A stretch of 63,099 nucleotides of DNA, counting the filler, from Basidiobolus ranarum (lineage: Eukaryota): assembly GCA_040143965.1 (NCBI GenBank). It is 34 parts of 34 records of this genome, joined end to end, with 100 filler letters (N's around TTAATTAATTAA, not from the genome) between each part and the next. Parts side by side here need not be neighbours in the genome. Positions count along the whole stretch, not along the records: positions 24,233 to 25,992 come from JASJQH010004392.1; positions 26,093 to 27,852 come from JASJQH010004393.1; positions 27,953 to 29,711 come from JASJQH010004394.1; positions 29,812 to 31,570 come from JASJQH010004395.1; positions 31,671 to 33,428 come from JASJQH010004396.1; positions 33,529 to 35,286 come from JASJQH010004397.1; 28 more parts are not named here. One strand, 5' to 3'. Below, one piece after another: positions 24,254 through 35,386 of this stretch. The translations under genes were made by a program, and so were the position numbers. Numbering within the stretch: the stretch's first letter is position 1; each line of letters opens with the position of its first letter. The notes below the pieces were generated by a model, which ran no database searches, was not told the origin of the DNA, and worked only from the letters and a program-made list of their open reading frames with translations.

Positions 24254-24833
24254 CTGGGACACCTTACGCGAATGGGGCGTTTCGTGTGAAGTTGATATTT
24301 AGTGAAGACTTCCCACGAGTACCACCCAGGTGTAAGTACCTTACTGGATTCCCTTGGATAGAATTATATAAAAGAATATTGTGAAAGTTAAGTTACTTTT
24401 TATTTTATCTTTAGGTAATTTCCTTACCAAAATATTTCACCCGAATATCTCACTTAACGGAGAAGTCTGTGGCAACATTTTGACAGATAATTGGCACTTT
24501 GGCCTTGGTATTAGTCATGTATTGATGGTACGTGAATGTTGTTTAAACGAATATTATATATACCATACGAGCCATCCCTTACTCACAGCGTTTGATTTCT
24601 GTTAGACACTCCGATGCTTGTTAATTCAACCGAAACCTGAATCGGTGCTAAATGCAGAAGCGGGCATATTATTTCATAGGAATTATGAAGACTACGTTAG
24701 ACGAGCTAAATTAATGACCGAAATCCACGCCTGTTGTAAACTCTATCAAGAAGCGGGAAAACCCAACAGAAAGAGAAGTGGCGAGACAAAGGAGAGAAAA
24801 GTGAATAAAAAATGCACTAGGAGACGTCTTTGA
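24254..24833 (+). CDS. UBE2S: Ubiquitin-conjugating enzyme E2 S-like, 5'-truncated (exons 24254-24331, 24415-24527, 24606-24833)
   Basis: [33 protein letters not shown] (catalytic Cys), CLLIQP.PES.LN.EAG....[15 protein letters not shown], and a basic tail ending KK..RRRL characteristic of UBE2S. Canonical GT-AG introns. Confidence 0.88.
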
Positions 24834-25183
24834 GGTGACTGTCAGTAGAGAATGATTACTTGATTGTCACCTTCTATAACATGAATCTTATTCAGTTAAA
24901 GATTTATGAAATAATTAAGAACTAGTAACCGACGTTGGGCGTATGTTACAGTAATCTTTTAACTGTATATTCTCTCTAAAAAAACAGTGTTTCCAATGAC
25001 CTTTCAAATATTTGTTTATCTATGCAGTAGCATAAGGAGATCAATGTATTAAAACTATGACTATGTTATTAAATATGAACAGAATAATGATCCAAATAGA
25101 TTAAAAAAAAATCTATATTTCAAATAAAACGAATCCATAAATTCATTAGATGATTCGGGCTAAACGAACCTTTACCTAACAAC

Positions 25184-25656
25184 ATGATAGAAGTTATTTG
25201 TAACGACAGGTATATATCCGTTAGAATGTACAAATGATAAATATTTCCTTTTTTTTAAACCTTTCTTTTATGTTACTAGATTGGGAAAGAAAGTACGCGT
25301 CAAGTGCAAGTAAGTCTTTCTAATAGAGATTATTCTCTAAGAGTTGGTGAATTTCAAGTCTACTTGAACTTTGTTTTGAACAAATCTCTTTGGTTTTAGT
25401 CCTGACGATACCGTAGGTGATTTAAAGAAGTTGATCGCTGCCCAAACCGGTACTGATTATCGCAAGATCGTATTGAAGAAGTGGTATAACATATTCAAAG
25501 ACCATATTACACTTGAAGATTGTATCCTTTTTTTCCCAATTCAGTTGAAACTATTGAAGAAATGATTTTTTCCGTTAGACATTCCTTAACACTTTCTCTT
25601 TGGAATATTTAGACGAGATTCATGATGGCATGAGTATTGAACTTTACTACTCATAA
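25184..25656 (+). CDS. HUB1: Ubiquitin-like protein Hub1/UBL5, complete, 73 aa (exons 25184-25209, 25280-25309, 25400-25521, 25613-25656)
   Basis: Spliced product [73 protein letters not shown], with the C-terminal di-tyrosine. Exon lengths sum to 222 nt. Confidence 0.98.
25522..25612 (+). other. U12-type (minor spliceosome) GT-AG intron in HUB1
   Basis: 5' splice site GTATCCTTT and branch point TTCCTTAAC (25582-25590) both match the U12 consensus. Boundaries are fixed by the conserved Hub1 frame (ED-Y-EIHDG). Confidence 0.93.
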
Positions 25657-25930
25657 GAGACGAAATTCAACCTCGAGATATTTACTTGAAATAAAGCTCA
25701 TTGTATTATGACATCACATTTCATTATTCTAATGGATTGCATTAAACTTTCATTAAAAGATGGGAGAAACAATATTACATATAATTTTATTGTATATATC
25801 TATTTAATGAAATGGTGGAGCTTATAGAGAGACACAGCGAATGTTAAATCACACAAACAGAAGGAAATATGTGAGCATACAGCAGTAATATGTGAAAGGG
25901 AAGAGGATAATAAGGTTAAACAGCTTGGAT

Positions 25931-25992
25931 TCAACGTCTAGGTGTTCTAGCGGTCTTACCAGGCGTTTTACCTGGAGTTTTAGATGATTTAC
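25931..25992 (-). CDS. Possible 3' end of an unidentified convergent gene
   Basis: KSSKTPGKTPGKTARTPRR* in CpG-normal DNA followed by an AT-rich UTR-like region; too short to identify. Confidence 0.35.
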
Positions 25993-26093
25993 NNNNNNNN
26001 NNNNNNNNNNNNNNNNNNNNNNNNNNNNNNNNNNNNTTAATTAATTAANNNNNNNNNNNNNNNNNNNNNNNNNNNNNNNNNNNNNNNNNNNNT

Positions 26094-26987
26094 ACTGTAG
26101 AACATAATACCAGCGAGTCTACCAATAACCAGGGACCTACTCAAAATCATGAAGCTACAAATTCTCCGCCATTATCAAAAGGTGCTCTTGAACAAAATTC
26201 AAACGAACAAACAGACAATGCCATTCCATCATCTCCCAAGCGTCCTGTAGAAAATATCCAGGTCAACTCTCCCACGAAGAGAATACCAGTCAGGGTACCA
26301 ATTACAAAGCCACAATTAAGCAAATCTTTGTTTGGAGCACCCAAGAGGATCCCTGCTTCTAATACCAATATATCTCAACCATTGTCACAATCTCGTCCTG
26401 CGGCGGTCGTTAGACCGAAATCATCCATTGGGGTTTACAGGGCAACTGTGCGTCCCAATAATGAAGAGTCAGTGAGGCCAAAATCCGTACAATCAAATCA
26501 TCAGCCTTCTACTGGTCTCAGACGTACCAACCTCACATTAGGAGGTGCCCAACGCATTTTGAAGAAACCAGAACCAGTTAAGAAAGCAAAGGTTGAATCC
26601 AAGATCCCTCTACAGTCACAAAATCGTACAACAAAGACACCTTTTGTTAAGCCAGTAGCTACACAGCCAACTGCTAAAGTAAGCAGTGGTATGCCTACAC
26701 CAAACTCCAAACGTACAGTTTCTATGATCCCAACTCAGCAATCCAAACGTCCTCACTCTCCACCATCTGAATCCATTCCTGTCAAAGATACCACCAAACT
26801 TCCCAAACCCACCAGATCCAACACATCGAACTTTTCACGCCCTACAGCCTCCTCTAATGCTCGCGTAAGCGCTACAACGGAGGAGCTCAGACGAAAGGAA
26901 TCCAGTACCAGAAGCTTAGCAGCAAATAGCAAAGTTAGAAAAGTCATTGGAACTACCGGACCACTTCGAGTATTACGCGGTAATTAA
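26094..26987 (+). CDS. 3' part of an unknown protein with a basic Ser/Thr/Pro-rich disordered C-terminus
   Basis: About 297 open codons from the contig start to TAA, with normal CpG content; SKIP, SMIP, KRIP, GAQRILK and GPLRVLR motifs. Confidence 0.8.
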   Translation, partial: TVEHNTSESTNNQGPTQNHEATNSPPLSKGALEQNSNEQTDNAIPSSPKRPVENIQVNSPTKRIPVRVPITKPQLSKSLFGAPKRIPASNTNISQPLSQSRPAAVVRPKSSIGVYRATVRPNNEESVRPKSVQSNHQPSTGLRRTNLTLGGAQRILKKPEPVKKAKVESKIPLQSQNRTTKTPFVKPVATQPTAKVSSGMPTPNSKRTVSMIPTQQSKRPHSPPSESIPVKDTTKLPKPTRSNTSNFSRPTASSNARVSATTEELRRKESSTRSLAANSKVRKVIGTTGPLRVLRGN

Positions 26988-27345
26988 TTAGAATTAGGTA
27001 ATTCTACATTATTATAGTACGAATTAATTTGTTGTATACATTGTAGTATTTGTGTAATTATATTTTTGGAATAAATTATGATATTATGTTGGGACATTTT
27101 CAAGCATTGGACATAGGTATCGCATATTTTTAAACGCATTTTAATCACAGTGAGTAGTGATTTAGTTGGTATAAACATATGCTCAGGGGAATCTATTAGA
27201 TATCTATGAAGCGTTTGAGCCATAGATCGAAACTAATTCCCAATCATGTGAACCCAAGGTTTCGTTCGCGGCAGATATTTAGTAAACAATACGACGAAAG
27301 CTGTGTAAGAATTTATTTTCTCCCAAAAAGGATGTAAACAGTCAG

Positions 27346-27729
27346 CTATACAGCTACAGTGACACTCTTAGTCCGGGTGAATTCGTTAATGGCTTCTTCT
27401 CCCAAATCTTTGCCTATGCCGCTGAGTTTGAAGCCACCGAAGGGCATATAAGGATTAGCTATATTATAGCAATTTACCCAATTAATCCCAGCCTGAATTT
27501 TTCTAGTGAACAAGTCAATCTTCTTGGGGTCACTGCTCCACATTCCCGCGGCCAACCCATATTCTGTTTGATTAGCACGTTGTATTGCTTCCTCCAACTC
27601 TTTATAGGGCTTCAGTATGGTGAGTACAGGGCCAAATATCTCTTCTCTTGCGACTTCTGCGTCATCATCTACGTCATAGAATACAGTAGGTTCAATAAAA
27701 TATCCTTTGGTCACCTGAGGCGCAGCGGC
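27346..27729 (-). CDS. Aldehyde dehydrogenase, last exon
   Basis: KGYFIEPTVF..V.DD..VAREEIFGPV, ANQTEYGLAAG, WVNCYN, PFGGFKLSGIGKDLG; an upstream intron runs to the contig end. Confidence 0.95.
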   Translation of the reverse strand, partial: AAAPQVTKGYFIEPTVFYDVDDDAEVAREEIFGPVLTILKPYKELEEAIQRANQTEYGLAAGMWSSDPKKIDLFTRKIQAGINWVNCYNIANPYMPFGGFKLSGIGKDLGEEAINEFTRTKSVTVAV

Positions 27730-28213
27730 TTTGAGAGAAGGTTATTAAGCCCAGAAAAACAATTACCCATTTTAACTTTATACGATAAAAATAAATTATC
27801 TACGTGTCATACATTTGAAATCTATATATATGCAAATATACAAATATGTTTTNNNNNNNNNNNNNNNNNNNNNNNNNNNNNNNNNNNNNNNNNNNNTTAA
27901 TTAATTAANNNNNNNNNNNNNNNNNNNNNNNNNNNNNNNNNNNNNNNNNNNNCATAAACATGGACAATGCTTGAACATATGTGAACGTAGGAACAAAATC
28001 CTTATCAATGCATCATTTAATCTCATTTCAAGTGAAGCGTACACTCGAATAGTTATCATGACAAAAGTACAGGAACTCAAATAATCGCGCTTCGTAGAAA
28101 TAATGGCGCTATCTACGTTTCTTCATAAATCAAACACTGGCAGTTGCAAAGGTCATCGTGAAAATGCTAGTGAATTTTATTGTTTTGTTTTCTAGAGGAT
28201 TGGTATCCGTATT

Positions 28214-29381
28214 TTAGTTGGTGTCCTTAGATTGGTCTCTAGTGGACTCTTTGACGGCTTCATCTACCTTCTGATTAACAGTTTGTTTAACGGAGTTAAC
28301 AGTTGGCTCAGTGATTTTGCGTGCTTGTTCAACTTTATCTTGTACCACGTGGATAGCTTCATTTACATTCTGTTCGGTTTTTCTAGCAATGTCCTCAGTT
28401 ACTTGCTCTTGAGTAGTAACTGCGCTATCTACTTGACTTTGGATACTTTCTTTAGATTTTTCTACTGCGTCTTCGACTTGTTGTTTCTTTTCATGTACTA
28501 CTTCGCTAACGGTATTCTCGACATTAGCCTTGATGTCCTTCGCTTCTTCAACTAAGGTTTTAGCTTGGATTTTCTTGGTTTCAACCGCACTGTTCACCTT
28601 TTCAGTCACTTCAGTAGCTTTGTTAGAAATATCGGCAGCGACGTTAGAGAGACGACTCTTGACTTGGGCTACTTCCTTTTGTGCAGTCTTGTTATCTTCA
28701 AACTTACGTAAAAGATGGAAAGTAACTGAGCGTGAAGTTTGAGGGAGGAAATAGAAAGAAGAGGCGGTAGCAAATGTAAGTGGGGCAGTCAGTCTAAACA
28801 AAATATTTTCTAAGAATTATAGTTAAAAAATAAGTTCATATTTAAGACAGTACACTACAAAGTTAAGCTATATGAATCTTTTAAGTTAACTTACTGTTAC
28901 GAGCGAAAATACTTCCAGCCATTCCAGAAACAAGAATATAAAATGCGCCAGGAAAAACTTTTTCAGTCTTTGGAACTACTTGCTTGACGGTATCTAAGTG
29001 CGATAGTCTATGTTTAATTTAGGTTTTCTTACTCTCTTTAAGAATGTACTTACTTTCTACCCTCTGCTCAACACGTATCCACTCATTTACGAGACCTTGA
29101 ACTTGTTTCTTATGGTAGAAATTGATTTAGTGGGCTGTCATTCATAAATTCTAACTAATAATTAACCGAACATACTTGTGCGTAGTTGATGTTGCATCTT
29201 AAGGCACCACGTAACTGTTTACCCAAAGTTTCGAGACGAGTAGGTTCTTCGATTACAACAACCGGAACAACAGGTTCATCATAAATGTTCAACTAGTATA
29301 CAATGTTAACAAATTGATGGCAGAAGCATTTGAAAAGGAGCGCCAAACCTTGCGTTCTTCAGGACGACTTTGAGAAACCAT
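28214..29381 (-). CDS. MICOS subunit MIC26/MIC27 (ApoO family), 5 coding exons, with long charged helical C-terminal extension
   Basis: Spliced KLNIYDEP..EEPTRLE..R..WIRVEQRVENTVKQVVP..EKVFPG.FYILVSGMAGSIFARN.NILFRLTAPL...FYFLPQT matches the ApoO family pattern. GT-AG introns; probable 5'UTR intron at ~29383-29468. Confidence 0.87.
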
Positions 29382-29811
29382 GCTAGATAATTAGTGGAAC
29401 AATAACTTTAAAAAGTAGAGGATTTAATAGGATGTATTAAGGAAACTTTCGTACTTTAAAAATCATACCTTGTCTAATAAGCCAAGATGTATGGTTTTGG
29501 TTGAAATAGTTATCAATATTTCTTTTACCCCAGTCTTGTCGAACGAGTAATCAAAATGGGATTCTCTTTTTGTAACTTGATTCAAACAGTATTCAATTTA
29601 ATCATTAACCAAAATTTGGGGTAGCATAAGACCGGGTTAACATAATTAATGCGAAGATGGACAGATATTTTGTTCTCACTTTCACATATGCTTGAACATT
29701 GGCCATGTCTANNNNNNNNNNNNNNNNNNNNNNNNNNNNNNNNNNNNNNNNNNNNTTAATTAATTAANNNNNNNNNNNNNNNNNNNNNNNNNNNNNNNNN
29801 NNNNNNNNNNN

Positions 29812-31570
29812 GATATGATGGATAGTATCAAGATATGTTGACTCTTATACCATTTGGAAGGAGGAAGATTTAAGTTGATTAAAGTTATTGGCCAGCAAGC
29901 TTTTCCAACGGTATACTTGTTTAGTGAGAATCCATCCGGAGCCAATGCAAATGCATGATCATACATGTTCACAAAGAAACCTTTACTTTTCAGATTCTGA
30001 TAGTGATATCCATCAAGTATATTGCTAATACCATCAGCTTTACAGTGAGTACTTTGGTATTGGATCAATGATCTATATTTGGGTGATTTCATCAAAACTA
30101 TATGACAAGGATCAATGGTATGTAAGCCAAATATTAACACTATTTACCTGATTCAGTGCTTGGCAATTGTGTGCAAACAGTACATGACTTCAGGTTTTTC
30201 AGATCACTAGTGAAAGTCAAACAACCATTTGGACATGAAGGCTGTTTAATTACTGAAGGATTATAAGTCATACAATGACAAGTGTTTTCACTTGTCCCAG
30301 GTCTGTGCTAAGCAACAGTTGCCAATCAACTGTGGTAAAAATGTAAGAAAACCAATACACACCTGGTTGCAAAGATTGGATTGAACTCTCCACTCCTTAA
30401 TAATCAAAGCTGCTTCCTTTACTGTAAGTGTTATGGGTGGACTAATGTTTACCTATAACAAAGAGTCTGTAACAATACCGTTGTCTTCTTCTTCAACTTC
30501 TGATATACTACCATTGGTACTGGAATAACCAAGGTCAACATCTAGCAGCAAGTCCTCAAAATTGTCTGGACTTGCTGGTTTGACCAAAGTTGCATCTTAA
30601 CCTACATCATTCTGATCATATAACTGTGGTAACTCCCCAGTATCTTGCCTTTTGGCAGTGTGACCAAAACTTTGAGGCAAACTACAGTCAGTGGACTCTA
30701 TAGGAAAAACTAAAGTTGATTTAGTGCACTTATTACTGTTGTTATACACAAGGCTTTATGCAGCTGGTGGCTTTGTACAGTGACCGTGCTTGTGATTAAT
30801 TTTTCTATGAAGCCTCCAGCTTTCATAGCGCAAGAATTTGCAACAATAATAGCAGGGCTTCTTTAAGCATTTGTGTTGCAGCATGAGAAGGATACTGTAG
30901 TAAAAACAACAGCTTCCATGTAAGGGTGGTATTTTAGGTATAGCCAATCAATATCATCAGCTGATTTTGAGATGGTGTCACATATGAGTCATCAGGGGAT
31001 TCACAAGAAATTTCCGGTAATGGATGGCAATTTTGGTTTATTATAAGCTGTTTCTAAGGAATTTCATTACATCAGGTTTACCATTCAAAAATTGCAATGC
31101 CACTCAAAAAGCATTCAAAATCTAAGTCAAAATTGGCTTGAAAGCCAAAGCCTGCTGGCACAAAAGGAAAAAAACCAGCAAGAACAGAGGACTTAATTAA
31201 ATGAGCAGTCTAGTGTTCCACTATCCACTTTGGAAGGCATTAACATGCTGGAAACTAACTCAAGAAATGAGGAAGCAGCAATCAATTTGCCAGATGTGTT
31301 CCTTTCTAGCAATAGTGCAAGTGAAGAGATTGTAATCTCCCAATCAAATAGTAAATCAATAGTTGACCAAAGTTCAACCAACGCACCGTCAAGACCACAA
31401 ACTTCCAAAATGGCTCCTTTGCCCACTATTGAACAACCCTCCATAGAGAATTTGGATAAAATTGTTACAATAAGAGAATTGCAGGTAGAACACCATAATG
31501 ACTTGTCTGCAATCATAAGTAAAAACTATGAAGTTGCTATACAGGCCATGATAAGCAATAATGCCATAAT
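29812..31570 (-). mobile_element. CACTA central region: transposase 5' half (minus, ATG ~30884) divergent from ORF2 5' part (plus, ATG 31097)
   Basis: Minus strand ILDGYHYQNLKS.GFF...ALAPDGFSLNKY..ACWPI.LINLNLPP; plus strand MPLKKHSKSKSKLA...INLPDVFLSSN. Confidence 0.87.
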
Positions 31571-31670
31571 NNNNNNNNNNNNNNNNNNNNNNNNNNNNNN
31601 NNNNNNNNNNNNNNTTAATTAATTAANNNNNNNNNNNNNNNNNNNNNNNNNNNNNNNNNNNNNNNNNNNN

Positions 31671-31992
31671 TTAATTTGAATTCCTATAGCAGTAAACCCA
31701 GTAATTTGCCATTCAAAAATTGCCAGATGTTGAATAATGCATGCCAATTTGAGGATCAATATTTTAACATGTATGAATACCATCAAAATACTGTCAAGAA
31801 ACTGCCATAACACCATCAAAATCCCTGGCAGAATGCAAGCTACCAACATTGTGATGGTTCTCTGACAGTTTGCTCTTTTGGAGAGTGGATCCAATCCAGA
31901 TCAAATTGATTTTATTTTTGTTAGGGCTGATGGTTTTGCAATCCAGAATAGTGGTTCCAATCTGGATCAAATCAATTTTATATTTGTTAGGA
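31671..31992 (+). mobile_element. Two tandem CACTA right ends (TIRs ending at 31926 and ~31992)
   Basis: ..TTTTTGTTAGGG at 31926 is followed by a second 65-bp right-end stub ending ATTTGTTAGGA. Confidence 0.8.
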
Positions 31993-32476
31993 TGGATCAA
32001 ACTTTGACACAATGGGATATTCAGATGAAAATTGGGGAAGTGTTATTGAGGACAAGAGATCTACAATAGGATACTTATTACTTTGCTATAATGAAGCTAT
32101 TTCTTGGAATTCAAAGAAACAACCTATCATAGCACTTACAACAACAGAAGCAGAATACATGGCTACTCATTTTAAGATATTCAAGATGGTATTGAATTAT
32201 CTAGAAATCCCATGTTACATACTAGAAGCAAACATATATATCATAGATATCATTTGATTAGAAAAACTATGGAAAATAAGTGTATTGACTTGACTTATTT
32301 TCCTCAGAAGATATGGTTGCTGAAACATTAACCAAACCAATAGCTAGGCAGACATTTGAGGTATTTAGGCCTTCCTTAGGATTGGTTTATAAGACTACTT
32401 AGTTGAGGGAGAGTGTTGAAATCAGTATTGCCAAAGCACCTACATAGTCATATATAGCTTAGTATTTAGTTATCTT
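31993..32476 (+). mobile_element. Copia RNase H, PPT and first ~63 bp of LTR-B
   Basis: GYSDENWG...KRSTIGY...AISWNSKKQ..IALTTTEAEYMA; AGTTGAGGGAGAG|TGTTGAAAT at 32401-32422. Confidence 0.88.
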
Positions 32477-33428
32477 TGTTAAAGTATTTGGGAGCCTGTT
32501 GGAAGTGGTTTGGAGAATTAGAGGAATTGGTGATTTTCACTCATTGATTTATGGAGTAGAAAGTTAACATTTATAGTTTTGTCAAGATGTAAACAAACTA
32601 ACATGTAGAATGTGCTAAGGAAGGTCCCAGGAACATGTGTGCAGAGTTTAGGGCTTCTAGCACAAGTTTGAAAAATCTATATATCTGAGAACTTCTAAGT
32701 TGGTGTCAATATTCTAAGTAAATTCCAATTGAGAATAATTGATAATATCTTAGTGAACTATAAGATAACTAAGTACTAAGCTATATATGATTATATAGGT
32801 GTTTAGGCAATGCTAATTTCAACACTCTCCCTCAACTAAATAGTCCTATAAACTAATCCTAATAAAGGGCTAAATTTCTCAAATTTTCTGTCTAGCTAAT
32901 GGTTTGGTTAGTATATCAGCAATCATATCTTCTATAGAACAATAAGTCAAGTCAATACACTTACTCTCTATAGTCTCTCTAATGAAGTGATGCTTAATAT
33001 CTATGTGTTTGCTTCTATAATGAAATGTGGAATTTTTAGCTAATTTGATATAACTTTGATTATCTTGAAATATTGTAGTTGTTGAATTTTGGGAATAACC
33101 CAAATCTGTTAAGAGTTTTCTTACCCATATTGCTTCTTTTGTTGCTTTGCAGGCAGCCATATATTCAGCTTCTGCTGTTGAAAGTGCTGCAGTAGGTTGT
33201 TTCTTTGAATTCCAAGAGATTGCTCCTTTACAGCAAAGAAATAGGTATCCTGTTTTAGATCTCCTGTCTTCAATATCTCTTCCCCAAGTTGCATCTGAAT
33301 ATCCCATCAGATCAAAATTTGATCCAGAATATGTGTATTTTAAGCATAGATCCACAGTACCTTTCAAATATCTGAAAATCAGCTTAACTGCTATGATTTG
33401 ATCAGATCCATAATTTTGAAGATATTGG
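32477..33428 (-). mobile_element. Copia 3' end: complete LTR-B (32477-32824, 348 bp), PPT and RNase H
   Basis: TGTT...AACA termini, PPT at 32825-32837, ORF 32879-33367 GYSDATWG..SWNSKKQ..ALSTAEAEY..SKHIDIKHHFIRE..ADILTKPL. Confidence 0.93.
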
Positions 33429-33528
33429 NNNNNNNNNNNNNNNNNNNNNNNNNNNNNNNNNNNNNNNNNNNNTTAATTAATTAANNNNNNNNNNNNNNNN
33501 NNNNNNNNNNNNNNNNNNNNNNNNNNNN

Positions 33529-35286
33529 TTGCTTGCTTCTTACTATTCCAAGTTATGGCTCCATCACCATAGAGAAAAGTGTGCACGGTTGTTGATCTTC
33601 TATCATCAAGGTTTCTTCCCTAGTGTGCATCACTGTAGCCTTCAAAGTTTTGTGCATCAGGGGTGGCAGAGTATTCCTGAACTAGATCTACAGTTCCTCT
33701 CAAGTACCTGAATATTTGTTTTACTGCATTTTTGTGCTCAGATCCTGGATTTTTGAGGTATTGGCTGACAGTTCCCCCTGCCACAGCAATATCTGGATGT
33801 GTTCCAACCATTGCATACATTGAACTACTAACCATGGATTGATAAGGGAACTCCTGGCTTTGATTTAAGTCCTTTTGAGCCAAATTGGATGAAATTTGAA
33901 TTAATTTCACACTGGGATCCATTGGTGCTGCTGCAGGCTTGCTATTCTCAGTGTTGCAGCGTTTTAGAATGTCTAGGATGTATCTAGACTGACTCAGCAT
34001 GATTTTCTGATTGGATTTATCTTTCTTGATTTAGATTCCAAGAAAATAACTTAACTCACCCATATCAGTCATCTGAAATTGGTTTGATTAGCTGCTTTTT
34101 GTCAGATTAAGTGCTTCTAGATCTTTTGTAGCTATGATCAAGTCATCCACATATAGTGCTAAGATAAGAATCCTATTTCTGGCTGCTTTGATGTAAGAAC
34201 CGTGATTTGCTATGCAATTCTGGAATTCCAGAGATTCCAAATAGGTATCTATCCTGTTGTACCATGCTTGCTTGAGTCCATAAAGTGACTTTTGCAGTTC
34301 ACAGACCATATCAGGATGTTTTGGGTCAACAAATCCAGCTAGTTGCTCCATATTGATCACTTCTTCTAGATTTCCATGCAGAAAGGCTGTTTTTATATAC
34401 ATTTGATGTAGATCAAGGTATTGGATGGCTGAGAGTGCCAGGATTGATCTAATGGAGTTTGGGAATAGCGTTTTGCAACTATTCTTGTTTTGTACCTTTC
34501 TAGGATTTTGTCAGCTTGGTTTTTGACTTTGTAGACCCACTTACAACCTATTGGCTTTCTCCCTGATGGAAGAGGAATTAAAACCCTTGTTTTATTGTCC
34601 TGAAGTGAAGAAAATTCATCTGACATTGCTTGTTCCCCTCATTTTGCTTCTGGACACTCCAGAGCTTGATCAAGAGTCTGTGGCCTGCCACAGAATGCTG
34701 CATAAGCATAGACATCATCATTGGAAGTATTTCACCAGTTTCCTGGCTTATTTCTCCTTCTGGTTGATCTTCTGGGTCCTGAATCATCCTTTGATGTAAT
34801 TGGGACTGAAATGTTGGTTGAACAGGGCTCAGATACAGCATGAATCTTGTCAGACACTTCCCAAACAGTGCTGATTGAGTTTTCTGGATCAAGAACTGTG
34901 ATTTAAGGCAAAAATTTGCTTTTTTATCAAAAATCACATCTCTGTACTTGATTAACTTCTGATTTTTGGTATCAAACAGCCTGTAGGCCTTGGATCCATC
35001 ACAGAAACAGAAGAAGTATGCATTTTCTGCTTTTGGGTTGCAATTTTGAGCATTTTTGAGCTGGAATTGGGCAATATGCTGTGCAACCAAAGATCCTGAA
35101 ATGATCCACACTTGGTTTTGATCTATATAGGGCTTCAAATGTAGCAGAATATGTAGCAATCTTGTTGGGCATCTGTTTTTGATATAGACTGCAGTGGAGA
35201 CAGATTCAGCCCAATATTGGTAATCTAACTTTTGATCACGTCACATTGATCTTGCCATCTCCACTATGATTCAATTAGCACATTCA
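33529..35286 (-). mobile_element. Ty1/Copia pol (integrase end to RT/RNase H), decayed
   Basis: KPIGCKWVYKVK, KTAFLHGNLEE, KSLYGLKQA, LYVDDLII, YQSMV.S.MYAMVGT.PDIA. Confidence 0.93.
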
Positions 35287-35386
35287 NNNNNNNNNNNNNN
35301 NNNNNNNNNNNNNNNNNNNNNNNNNNNNNNTTAATTAATTAANNNNNNNNNNNNNNNNNNNNNNNNNNNNNNNNNNNNNNNNNNNN

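Noticed and set aside
29383-29468. TTCCTTAAT inside the probable MIC26 5'UTR intron as a U12 signal
   Set aside because: The donor is GTATGA and a normal CTAAT branch lies next to the AG, so it is U2-type.
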